Below, in pieces: positions 50,729-60,889 of a DNA stretch of 64,000 bases (position 1 is the first letter of the stretch; each line of letters starts with the position of its first letter). The translations under genes were made by a program, and so were the position numbers. Under the pieces are notes generated by a model. That model had not been told where the DNA came from, ran no database searches, and was given only the letters and a program-made list of their open reading frames with translations. This DNA is from Meyerozyma guilliermondii. Its lineage: Eukaryota. The stretch spans positions 1,674,001 through 1,738,000 of the forward strand of contig CP128815.1 of assembly GCA_051546255.1 (NCBI GenBank), written 5' to 3'.

Positions 50729-52126
50729 ATGTCTCTCAAACAACAAAAGGAGAATTTCGTCACAGGCTTGACCGGAGGATCTGTCCCGGAGATCTACTGG
50801 GTCACCCTGGTGGCATTGAGTGGGTATCTTGCCTACAACATGATCAGAAGCACCAGCAGAAATATACCGTTTGTTGTAGATTTTTCACTTCAAGTGGTTG
50901 CCATTCTTTTGGCTGTAACGTTGTATTGCAACATCATTGGTACACTCCATGGATTAGTATTGGGTCCTGCAGTGTTGGTGATGTTTTCAGGGGCACCCAA
51001 GAAAACTCAAAAGAGTAAAAGTGTCAATTCGAGTAACGAGCTCTTACCACAAAAGCCATTTTTGACAGCCTATCGAGCACAAATGCTCATTTTGACGAAT
51101 ATTGCTATATTAGCAGTTGACTTTAAAGTGTTTCCCAGGAGATTTGCAAAGGTGGAGACATGGGGGACGTCTATGATGGACATTGGTGTGGGATCGTTTG
51201 TGTTCAGTATGGGGCTTGCAAGTTCACGGTTACTTATCAAGCAAATTTTACAACAAAACTACAAACGAGGCAGTTACGTAGGGTTGGTTTTCCGCAGTAG
51301 TGTGAAAGCTATGCCTGTTTTGGGACTAGGACTTGTGAGGTTGATCAGTGTCAAATCATTGGAGTACCAAGAACATGTTACTGAATATGGAATCCACTGG
51401 AACTTTTTCATTACCCTTGGGTTTTTGCCCATATGTTTGGCGTTCCTCAATCCGGTCATAGAGATCATTCCTCGAGTTTTTCTTGCGTTTTTTGTGACCA
51501 TATGCCATGAGGTTGCATTGCAAAAAGGCTTGCAACAATTTGTTTTGCGAAGCGATAACAGAATGGACAATCTTGTCACCATGAACAAGGAGGGAATATG
51601 TTCCTTACCCGGTTACTTTAGTATTTTCTTGTTCGGACAGTGTTTTGGGTACTTTGTATTGCCTGGTCGGAAGACTCGTAATAACCTCTTTGGCGCCTCT
51701 CAAGGAAGCACACAAACAAAGTGGACGGTCACTACAAACCAAGGGTTGATTATTGCTACTTTGGTGTCTCATGGGTGTTTTTGGTACTGTCAAAACTCTT
51801 TTTTGGTAAGTCAAGTGTCTCGAAGACTTGGTAATATTTCCTATGTTATGTGGGTGGTTTCGTACAATTCGTCAATGCTTCTTGCTTACCATTGGATTAA
51901 CCAAGCATTTCCAAATGCCTCTATGTCTCCAATTCTACAAGCTATAAACAAAAACGGGTTGGCGATTTTTTTGCTTGCAAATGTTACCACTGGTGTTGTA
52001 AATATGACGATTAATACGTTGGAATGTGGGTCAATTTGTGCGGTTGCAATACTTGCGGTGTATGGACTTTCGTGGGTTGTGGTGGCGATAATCCTTGAGA
52101 GAAGGAAAATCTATATTAAGTTGTAA
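50729..52126 (+). CDS. GWT1: GPI inositol acyltransferase (PIG-W)
   Basis: KENFVTGLTGGS, AILAVDF.VFPRRFAKVETWGTSMMD.GVGSF, EH.TEYG.HWNFF, VSRRL.N; start ATG 50729. Confidence 0.95.
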   Translation: MSLKQQKENFVTGLTGGSVPEIYWVTLVALSGYLAYNMIRSTSRNIPFVVDFSLQVVAILLAVTLYCNIIGTLHGLVLGPAVLVMFSGAPKKTQKSKSVNSSNELLPQKPFLTAYRAQMLILTNIAILAVDFKVFPRRFAKVETWGTSMMDIGVGSFVFSMGLASSRLLIKQILQQNYKRGSYVGLVFRSSVKAMPVLGLGLVRLISVKSLEYQEHVTEYGIHWNFFITLGFLPICLAFLNPVIEIIPRVFLAFFVTICHEVALQKGLQQFVLRSDNRMDNLVTMNKEGICSLPGYFSIFLFGQCFGYFVLPGRKTRNNLFGASQGSTQTKWTVTTNQGLIIATLVSHGCFWYCQNSFLVSQVSRRLGNISYVMWVVSYNSSMLLAYHWINQAFPNASMSPILQAINKNGLAIFLLANVTTGVVNMTINTLECGSICAVAILAVYGLSWVVVAIILERRKIYIKL

Positions 52127-52408
52127 AAAGAAGAAGGAAGTAGTGAATTATAGAATACAAAACTGTGAATGGAAAGTGAAAAATGGAAAAGTTGCAAAAA
52201 GTGAAAATTTCCAAAAGTGAAAAAAAATAAACAGTATGATACGAAACACTATATACCAAATGAAAAGTAATTATAGTTTCAATTGAGTATATATCTCAAC
52301 CTCTACGTCCATACACTTCCTTACTCTTTCTCTTTCTCTTTCGTCTCTCGCACCGGCTCCAAATTCCTGCACACCATATACTCGGCTCGCGGATCTCAAC
52401 TCGTTACC

Positions 52409-53671
52409 ATGTCAGTAGCACAATCCAGTTCATGGACCTCGTTCCTCAAGTCGATCGCCCTGTTCAACGGCGATTTGCTGTCTCTCACAGCTCCACCGTT
52501 TATATTATCTCCCACTTCCTTGTGTGAATATTCTCAATATTGGGCCGAACATCCAGAACTTTTGGTTTCCCCGGCTTCGTTGAATATTAGCGATGAAGCC
52601 TCCAACAGCGAAAAAAGTGCCATGGCTGAGAAACGACTTATTGCAGTGTTAAAGTGGTTCATTTCCACGTTGCGGTCGCAATACTGTTCCAGAAGCGAAA
52701 GTATGGGCACTGAAAAGAAACCGCTCAATCCGTTTTTGGGTGAGGTGTTTGTCGGCAAATGGACCGGAGCAGCTACCGGTGATGAAAACGCTGGAGAAAC
52801 GGTTTTGGTGTCGGAGCAAGTGTCGCACCATCCTCCGGTAACGGCATATGCTGTTTTGAACGATAAGAATGGCGTTAAGCTCCAAGGTTACAATGGTATC
52901 AAATCGTGGATTTCTGCCACTTCGATCAATGTTCAACAATTTGGTCACGCCATCTTGGAGGTTGGTCCTGAATCGTTCTTGATCACACTCCCACCGCTTC
53001 ATATCGAAGGACTCATCACAGCTTCACCTTTTGTGGAACTCGAAGGCACTTCGTACATTCAAAGTTCGTCTGGTTATATTGCCAAACTCGACTTTTCCGG
53101 CCGTGGCTACTTTTCCGGCAAGAAGAATACATTCAAGGCGCGAGTGTTCCCGGATCTTTTGTCGTCTCAGAACAAAGAATCGGCCATTTGCACCATTGCG
53201 GGCCAGTGGCTGGGTAAGTCATATATCACCAAAGGAGGCTCCACTCCAAAGAAAACAGACATTTTGTTCTACGACGCCCACAGTCCGGCCACCCACCTCA
53301 AGGTGAAACCAATTGAAGAACAACACCAACTTGAATCTCGTAAAGCGTGGGCTAAGGTTGCCGATGCCATCGCCAAGAGTGACTACGATTTAATCCACAA
53401 GGAGAAATCTCTCATTGAAAACTCCCAGCGTGAGATGCGCAAGAAGGAAGAGGAGTCAGGAATCCCATGGAAAGCCCGTTGGTTCGATGAGGTGGATTAC
53501 GAACAAGGACCCGACCATGATGCTTTTCTCAACTTGTGCAATTTGGCACTGCTTTCAATTAAGAATGCTCCCTCAGGTACAGCCAAGAAGGCCAAGCATG
53601 ACACGGGAAGCGCCAAGCACTGGAGGTTCAATAGAGAAAAGTGGGACGGTGAGAGTGAAATTAAAGTATAG
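52409..53671 (+). CDS. KES1: Oxysterol-binding protein Kes1/Osh4
   Basis: SWTSFLKSI...APPFILSP, EKKPLNPFLGE, EQVSHHPP; start ATG 52409. Confidence 0.93.
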   Translation: MSVAQSSSWTSFLKSIALFNGDLLSLTAPPFILSPTSLCEYSQYWAEHPELLVSPASLNISDEASNSEKSAMAEKRLIAVLKWFISTLRSQYCSRSESMGTEKKPLNPFLGEVFVGKWTGAATGDENAGETVLVSEQVSHHPPVTAYAVLNDKNGVKLQGYNGIKSWISATSINVQQFGHAILEVGPESFLITLPPLHIEGLITASPFVELEGTSYIQSSSGYIAKLDFSGRGYFSGKKNTFKARVFPDLLSSQNKESAICTIAGQWLGKSYITKGGSTPKKTDILFYDAHSPATHLKVKPIEEQHQLESRKAWAKVADAIAKSDYDLIHKEKSLIENSQREMRKKEEESGIPWKARWFDEVDYEQGPDHDAFLNLCNLALLSIKNAPSGTAKKAKHDTGSAKHWRFNREKWDGESEIKV

Positions 53672-53745
53672 AATATGTAAACCAATAATGGCTGCAATTA
53701 ATGCACGATAACACTAACTGCATAAACCTAGTTGCACGAGTGTCG

Positions 53746-53884
53746 CACGTGCTCCAAAGTAGGGCGCCACAGGCACACGTGAGCATGACTGCGCTTCTCG
53801 GGCACCACACGCAACCCCGGTCGGCCCAGCCATCCACCCGCACACAACGTTTGTTACACAAAAGCGCCGGTGGGTTCGCACCCA
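53746..53884. promoter_or_regulatory. RPL33 promoter: two CACGTG boxes and Rap1-like sites
   Basis: CACGTG at 53746 and 53776, ACCCGCACAC at 53836, GCACCCA at 53878. Confidence 0.5.
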
Positions 53885-53931
53885 GATTCAAGGTGATAAA
53901 AATTTTAAGCGGTAAAGGTTAAAGAATAGAA

Positions 53932-54502
53932 ATGGCCGAGTCTCACAGATGTATGTATACTAAAAACGAACCAGAGTGATGGGCACGGTGAAGAGAAGAA
54001 GAATACCATGAAGAAGACCTTAGATGTTCCTCGTTTCAAGTTGAAAAATCCATCGGTGAAAAATCAGTTGAAAAATTGAAATATTGGTGAAACAACAAGA
54101 AAGCCAACGAAACAAGTATAAGAATCTTCTATGGCTGTGAAAGTATCTTCTATGGTATTCATCTTCACCCACTTTTTCATTTTCATTACTAACTCAGTGT
54201 ATGTCAAGGGAAAGCACATCTCCTACCAGCGTTCAAAGAACGTAACCAACCCCAAGGTGTCGTTGATCCAGATTGACGGTGTGGCCAACCCTCAAGATGC
54301 CAAGTTCTACTTGGGTAAGCGTATTGCCTACGTTTACCGTGCGCAAAAGGAAGTCAGAGGTTCCAAGATTAGAGTTATCTGGGGTAAGGTTGCCAGAACC
54401 CATGGATCCAACGGATTGGTTAGAGCCAACTTCAGAAAGAACTTGCCACCAAAGACCTTTGGTGCTTCTGTTAGAATCATGTTGTACCCATCGAACATCT
54501 AA
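53932..54502 (+). CDS. RPL33: 60S ribosomal protein L33 (eL33); exons 53932-53950 and 54198-54502
   Basis: Spliced [20 protein letters not shown]...RIMLYPSNI. Confidence 0.97.
53951..54197 (+). other. 247-nt intron in RPL33
   Basis: GTATGT...TACTAAC-TCAG. Confidence 0.96.
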
Positions 54503-54818
54503 ACCCATGCCATATAACAATACAAATTAATGTAACGAAAAGTGTAGAAAAAGAAGGGAAGAAAGGAACAAGAAAGAGAGGTTGGAGGAATAAAAGGAAT
54601 AGAATTTTGAGTTATTTGTGCTTCTTCTGTTTCACTATTCTCTCTCACTTTTCAATTTTCCTGACCAATTATATTACTGACCTATATTTTCCAAACAATT
54701 CACTTATTTCCTCTACTTACTCCCTTCCCTCCTCATTAACTTCATTTTCCAATCTATTTCGTTCTGTTCTCTTCTCTCTTCCTTTTCCCCCACATCGAGC
54801 GCGCTCAATCGTTTCTTT

Positions 54819-56237
54819 ATGGGTAAAAACAAGAAGAAAAGTGCCAAGTCTCTGGGCCCTGTAGAAACTTCTGGCGCCGATACGAATGGCTCGACGACCC
54901 CACAGGCTTCGGAAAACAATCCTATACCACCAAACACGGTTGAAAATGACAAAAATATCAACACAAACCAAAATGTTGATGACAGCGAAACAACAAATAA
55001 TCAAAAGCTACAAAACACCAACGGCCTGATACCGTCCCACAAGGCACCAGAACAACCTTCGGGTGGCACTGAAATTGAATCACAACAGAAAGAAGAAATA
55101 AAAGCGTTACAGAAACGAATCGCCGAACTCGAGCTCCAAGCTAATGTGTCGGATGATGATTCAAACATCAGAAAACAACTCGAGGAAGTCACCAAAGATC
55201 GAGATGAAACGAAGGCATCGTACGATTCCCTTCTTTCGAAGTTGTCGTCGATGAAGACTGTTTTCAGCAAGATGAAAGAAGCTCAGAACGAGCTTGAGGA
55301 GACCAAAGATGCATTGCAATTGGAAGTCGAGCGAGCAGACGAGGCGGAAAAGGCAAAAACAAGCCTTGAAGCTACCGTGAAGTCGCTTCAACAAAAGACA
55401 AGTGACCTCAATGGCGAGTGTGATCGACTTACAAACTCGTTGACGATGCTTCGTCGTGAGTACCAAACCAAAGACGACAGTTTCCTGGACGAACGGTATG
55501 AGCTCGAGAACCAGAACTCCAGACTCAGCAAGACCATCAGCGAGCTCAAGGCGGAGATCACAGAACTCAAAACTGCTAGGAGCGAGCAGGCGCTGGAGAT
55601 GAAAGATTTGCATGCTAATAATGAAAACTTGAGAGAAAAGCTAGAAGAAAAGGAGAAGGAAGTAGCACAGAGAGCGGAGAAGATTTCCGAGCTCGAGACC
55701 CATATCACGCAAATTAAGCATGACAGCGATTCAACCGTCAAACAACTCGAGAACCGGGCAGCTGAGCTCTTGGCCGAGGTTGAACAGAAGAACAATCATA
55801 TAACTAAACTCACGGAAACCGTCAACCGCCAAACCAAAACCATCGACAACTTTGGAGCCGAGCGCGAGAAGCTCAAGCTGTTGGAAAACGACGTAAATGC
55901 CAAACAGCTTCTTATTGGCAAACTCAGACACGAAGCCATCATTCTCAACGAGCACCTCACCAAAGCGTTACAAATGCTCAAGCAACACCTGAGCAGCGAG
56001 AACAACGCCATAGACAAGGAGCTTGTGCTGAATGTTCTCATAGGTTTCCTCCAGTTTCCTCGAGGTGATACCAAAAAATACGAAGCTTTACAGTTGATTA
56101 GTGCATTATTGGATTGGGACGAAAACCAAAAAGTGGCCGCCGGGCTCAGCCATGGTCAATCGCAACGAGTAGAAGGCAGACAGAGCTTTGTTTCGCTATG
56201 GACCGACTTTCTTGAAAAAGAATCGCGCGGCAAGTAA
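54819..56237 (+). CDS. RUD3: Golgin Rud3 (coiled coil + GRAB domain)
   Basis: MGKNKKK, long coiled coil, LIGKLRHEAIILNEHLTKAL, PRGDTKKYEAL.LI. Confidence 0.92.
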   Translation: MGKNKKKSAKSLGPVETSGADTNGSTTPQASENNPIPPNTVENDKNINTNQNVDDSETTNNQKLQNTNGLIPSHKAPEQPSGGTEIESQQKEEIKALQKRIAELELQANVSDDDSNIRKQLEEVTKDRDETKASYDSLLSKLSSMKTVFSKMKEAQNELEETKDALQLEVERADEAEKAKTSLEATVKSLQQKTSDLNGECDRLTNSLTMLRREYQTKDDSFLDERYELENQNSRLSKTISELKAEITELKTARSEQALEMKDLHANNENLREKLEEKEKEVAQRAEKISELETHITQIKHDSDSTVKQLENRAAELLAEVEQKNNHITKLTETVNRQTKTIDNFGAEREKLKLLENDVNAKQLLIGKLRHEAIILNEHLTKALQMLKQHLSSENNAIDKELVLNVLIGFLQFPRGDTKKYEALQLISALLDWDENQKVAAGLSHGQSQRVEGRQSFVSLWTDFLEKESRGK

Positions 56238-56351
56238 GATTTTACCATTAATATACCCTCCCAATTCATCTTCATCATTTAAGCTGTCTGTAGGCCCATA
56301 CACCAGCACTCCTCCGCGTCTTTCACAGCAAATCGCGACCTGGTGATCCCA

Positions 56352-58929
56352 ATGCCCGATATCCAAGATTTTTTTGGTGCCAAGAAGCCGGCCAAGGCCA
56401 CGGCAAACGTATGTATTTGGTGTTCGTCTTCCAATCACATAGCTAACTCAGCAGAAAAAACGAAAGCAGCAAGACGAAATTATATCGGTTCTTTCCGATG
56501 ATGATGTTGTAGATCTCACATCTCCAGAACCCAAGAAATCCGAGCCAAAGCGTAGGCGTACCACGGAATCGCCCAAGAAGCCGGCTAAGAGTGCGGAAAC
56601 ATCCAAAAAAACCGTCAATGGCTCGCCAACGAAGAGTAAAGTTGCAAAACAGAAAGTTGAAGAATCAACAAAAAATTCCAATTCAGCCGATCAGAACGCA
56701 GATGATGTCCTTGCGACGCTTCCAGATGCCGAATTGCCAGATGTCACGGAGTCTAAGCCATTCTCGTTTGCTCAGAAGAAAGATGGACCCCAATCATCTG
56801 GAATGTCAGTTGACATTGACGCCAAGGCAAATTGCCTTTCTGGCCTCACAATTGTATTTACTGGTGTTCTTCCCAACTTGGACCGTGACCAGGCGGAAGG
56901 TTTGGCCAAGCAGTACGGAGCCAAGGTGACCAAGGCGATTTCAGGCAAGACCAGTTTGGTTGTTCTAGGCGACGAAGCCGGACCCTCAAAAGTGCAAAAA
57001 ATCAAAGCCAACAAAATCAAGGCTATCACAGAAGAATCATTTCTCGAGCTCTTACGTCGAATGCCGGCGGAAGGAGGCAACAGTGAGCTGGCGTTACGTG
57101 CAAAAGAAAAGAGAGACGAAGAGGAACGCAAGCTAAAAGAAGCGGTCGAGAGAGAAGAACGTGAAGAAAGAGAGCAGGCAGCAAAAAAGGCTAAAACCAG
57201 TTCTGTAAAGAATGAAAGTTCACAGAATACTCCGTCACAACCCACCACTTCATCGGCAGACCTTTGGACCGTGAAATATGCCCCCAAAGATACTAGCCAG
57301 CTATGTGGAAACAAGGGCCAAATCAACAAGCTCCAGTCGTGGTTGGCGTCGTGGTTCGATAACGCCAAGTCCGGCTTCAAGAACCCTGGATCCGACGGAT
57401 CGGGAGTGTTTCGAGCATGCTTGATCAGCGGCCCTCCAGGAATCGGCAAAACGTCAGCGGCACATTTAGTTGCCCATAATCTCGGGTACGATGTGTTGGA
57501 GAAAAACGCCAGTGATGTTCGTTCGAAGTCTTTACTCAACAGCAACCTCAAGAGTGTTTTGTCCAATACTTCCGTGGTGGGTTTCTTCAAACATCAGCAT
57601 GACCAAGCCAGTGTCAATGATAGAAGATTCTGTATCATTATGGACGAGGTTGACGGGATGTCCTCCGGTGACCATGGAGGAGCTGGAGCACTTTCTGCTT
57701 TCTGTCGTATCACCTCAATGCCACTTATACTTATTTGCAACGACAAGCTGTTGCCGAAAATGAGAACATTTGACCGAGTCACTTTGGATCTCCCGTTCCG
57801 TCGTCCCACGGAAAATGAGGTGAGGTCGAGACTCATGACAATTGCACTTCGTGAGAAGATCAAATTGGATCCTACTGTAATTGGTCAGTTGGTACAAGCC
57901 ACCGGCAACGATATTCGCCAAATGATTACGATGCTTGCAACGGTTTCGCGCACACAAAAGACCATCGGTCACAATGAAAGTAAGGATATGGCCAAGGCAT
58001 GGCAAAAGCAAGCGATTCTCAAACCTTTTGAAATCACGGCAAGATTGTTAAGTGGTCAAATCCATAACCCCAATGCCAACCACAGCTTGAACGACAAGAT
58101 CGACTTATACTTTAACGATATCGATTTCACTCCGCTAATGATCCAAGAAAACTATTTGTCCACTCGTCCCACTAATGTCACCTCGACCAAGAACCACCTT
58201 GAAAGAGTAGCCAGTGCCGCCGACGACATTTCCGAGTCGGATATTATCAACTCGTTGATTCGGTCAGGTCAACAGCAATGGAGCTTGCTTCCATTCCATG
58301 CAGTAATGTCGTCGGTTAAGCCAGCGCTGTCAGTTGCTGGTCAGGTAACGCTGAGAATCAACTTTGCCGGGTGGCTTGGTCAGAACTCAAAAGCCATGAA
58401 GTACCAGCGGCTTTTACAGGAAATTCAGTATCATACTCGCTTAAGAACTTCGACCGATAAGATGCAATTACGACTCGATTACTTGGCAGCACTCCAGCAC
58501 AAACTCACAACTCCTCTTTTGAAACTTGGCGAGGAGGGCATTGGCGAGGTAATTGATGTGTTGGATCACTATTATCTCACCAAGGAAGACTGGGACTCGA
58601 TAGTGGACTTTGGAGTTGGACCTATGAAAGCCGAGGTTGTTCTCAAAGACATTTCCACCAAAGTTAAAACTGCTTTCACGAGGAAATATAACCTGTCTAC
58701 GCATCCAATAGCCATCTACAAGACAGGAAACTCGGTGGCTACCGGAGGTAGGAAACAGACAGTGGACTATGAAGATGTCATTGAAGACGATACTGCGAAA
58801 GATGAAGTAGAAGAGGAAGTGGAAAATGACCAGATTGATGCTAAAAAGGATAAATTGATCAAAGAGGTGAAACCGAAGAAAAAACGGACCAAAGCAACGG
58901 GTCCTGCGGCAAAGAGAAAGAAGACATGA
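56352..58929 (+). CDS. RFC1: Replication factor C large subunit; exons 56352-56408 and 56452-58929
   Basis: MPDIQDFFG PIP-like N-terminus recovered by splicing; BRCT (LTIVFTGVL), WTVKYAP, GPPGIGKT, DEVDGMS. Confidence 0.95.
56409..56451 (+). other. 43-nt intron in RFC1 (tandem CAGCAG acceptor)
   Basis: GTATGT...AGCTAAC-TCAG-CAG. Confidence 0.88.
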
Positions 58930-59051
58930 ATGAGAGATACAAGAGGATTTAAGATGAAGGCAGCGACTGCATATACCGGTTCTGCACACACAACGCGGAC
59001 CCATTTCGAATCCGCGCTATTCTTCACTCCATCATAACACCTGCAACCACC

Positions 59052-60260
59052 ATGACCGATCCCCTATTCAAAGTTCCCCCTACCAAGCGGGCAGGGCCCG
59101 TTCTTGCTCCGCTCTCCACGCGCACAAACAATGCTCCTCGTCGAAAACCGCCTCCAATTGATTTTCTGCTTGTTAATGGCCTGCACTCATTTGACACCGA
59201 CGGAGAAAGCGGCCAAAAAAAGGAGACGACGCCCCAAATGGCTCAGATTCACAACGAGACGTATGCAGGGGACTCCACTCCAGCGTCTTCGAAAGCGGAA
59301 ACCAATCAAAGTCCGCTTTTAACTGGAGAATGCTCACATCTCGATGACATTACACCGGAACAATGGAACCAACTTGCCAATAACAACCGCATAGTAGAGC
59401 TCACGTGTTTGGGAGAGGGCAACGGTGGGTCTGTCTCCAAGTGTAGGCTTGCACAAGGGTCGCCTGTGTTTGCTTTGAAACTCATCAAGGTGGATACCAA
59501 TCCGTTGATTCAGAAACAAATTCTTCGTGAATTGCAGTACAATCGGTTGTGTAAGTCGCGCAATATTGTTCGCTATTACGGAACATTCTTGATCGAAAGC
59601 CAGCAGATGATCGGTATAGCCATGGAGTATATGGGAGGCCGATCCTTAGATGCCATTTATAAGCGAGTAATAGAACTCGACCCATCAAACCGAATCAACG
59701 AAAAAGTGTTAGGGAAAATTGGCGAAAGCGTTCTCAATGGCCTCAACTACCTCCACCAACAAAAGATTATCCATCGAGATATTAAACCTCTGAATATTTT
59801 GCTCGATAGCCAGGGCAATGTCAAGTTATGCGACTTTGGCGTTTCCGGAGAAGTTGTGGACTCGCTAGCAACAACCTTCGTGGGGACCCAGTACTATATG
59901 GCTCCGGAAAGAATTCAGGGAAAGCCTTACACCGTCACTTGCGACGTATGGTCGTTAGGGTTGACTATGCTTGAAGTGGCTAGCTGCAAATTTCCCTTCA
60001 CCGTTGATAATCCGCAATTGGGCCCAATTGAGCTCCTCCAGCTCATTCTAGAGTACGAGCCAAAACTTAAGGATGTGCCTGAAGATGGAATTTATTGGTC
60101 TGAAGCGTTCAAAAGCTTTATAAGTTACTGTCTCAAAAAAGAACCTACAGAACGACCTAGTCCGCGGCAAATGTTGAACCACCCGTGGTGTGTGGGTCAG
60201 AGCAACATCTCTGTACGCATGGATGGCTTCATACGCCGTCTATGGGATATAATTGATTAA
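59052..60260 (+). CDS. MKK2: MAP kinase kinase of the cell-wall-integrity pathway (Mkk1/Mkk2)
   Basis: LGEGNGGSV, ALK, HRDIKP(S)N, DFGVSGE.V.SLATTFVGTQYYMAPERI; N-terminal docking RRKPPPIDF. Confidence 0.92.
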   Translation: MTDPLFKVPPTKRAGPVLAPLSTRTNNAPRRKPPPIDFLLVNGLHSFDTDGESGQKKETTPQMAQIHNETYAGDSTPASSKAETNQSPLLTGECSHLDDITPEQWNQLANNNRIVELTCLGEGNGGSVSKCRLAQGSPVFALKLIKVDTNPLIQKQILRELQYNRLCKSRNIVRYYGTFLIESQQMIGIAMEYMGGRSLDAIYKRVIELDPSNRINEKVLGKIGESVLNGLNYLHQQKIIHRDIKPLNILLDSQGNVKLCDFGVSGEVVDSLATTFVGTQYYMAPERIQGKPYTVTCDVWSLGLTMLEVASCKFPFTVDNPQLGPIELLQLILEYEPKLKDVPEDGIYWSEAFKSFISYCLKKEPTERPSPRQMLNHPWCVGQSNISVRMDGFIRRLWDIID

Positions 60261-60361
60261 GCTGAAGAACTGGGGCAGTTTTCCTGCACAAACCCAATTT
60301 TCCTGCACTCAGCAAATGTCGAATCCGCGTTCATCCAATTAAAATCTCAACTTGTTGTATT

Positions 60362-60694
60362 ATGCCTGTTCCATTTGAGGGATTGTTACCCTATGCCATC
60401 ATGGCTGCCTTCTTTGGGGTTGCTGGCCACGGTGTAGGATTTGTCAGATACTGGGACAATGGATGGAAAAAGGATAGATTTGACTTGGACGCCTGGGATG
60501 AAAAAATGATGCAAAGAGACTTTTTACTTACGGGTGTGAAACGAGGACAAAGTAGTGAACCGGTGGCTCCTGAACACTTCAAGACAGCCGACATCAAACT
60601 CCAACAATACTGGACCCCATATAGAGATCACTACTTTAGTCTCAGAGAGAGATTGTACAGGGGCTATACAACCGGCAACTGGGACTTTTCATGA
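60362..60694 (+). CDS. Complex I accessory subunit MWFE/NDUFA1
   Basis: MPVPFE.LLPYAI...FG..G, D.WD..MM.RD..LTG..RGQ. Confidence 0.88.
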   Translation: MPVPFEGLLPYAIMAAFFGVAGHGVGFVRYWDNGWKKDRFDLDAWDEKMMQRDFLLTGVKRGQSSEPVAPEHFKTADIKLQQYWTPYRDHYFSLRERLYRGYTTGNWDFS

Positions 60695-60740
60695 GCATAT
60701 GAAATCGTTTATACGATGTAATAAAGCGTATACGAGGAGA

Positions 60741-60791
60741 TGTAGAGCAAAGAAAGGAGAATGTAGAGCAAGAAAAGGAATTGTAGAGCAA
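60741..60791. repeat. TGTAGAGCAA x3 at 20-21-bp period
   Basis: Copies at 60741, 60762, 60782. Confidence 0.8.
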
Positions 60792-60889
60792 AGAACACAG
60801 AGACTTGAAACAAGTCTGCGCAGCTTTCGACAATCCAGCTAGGTTCTCATCTTTCTTGTCAGTTATCTTGATTTAATTCGATATGCTAG

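Noticed and set aside
25612..52126. GPI2, GWT1 and GPI-protein genes (also PRE6/PRE4/POC4) as a functional gene cluster
   Set aside because: Interspersed with unrelated genes; several neighbourhoods match ancestral yeast synteny
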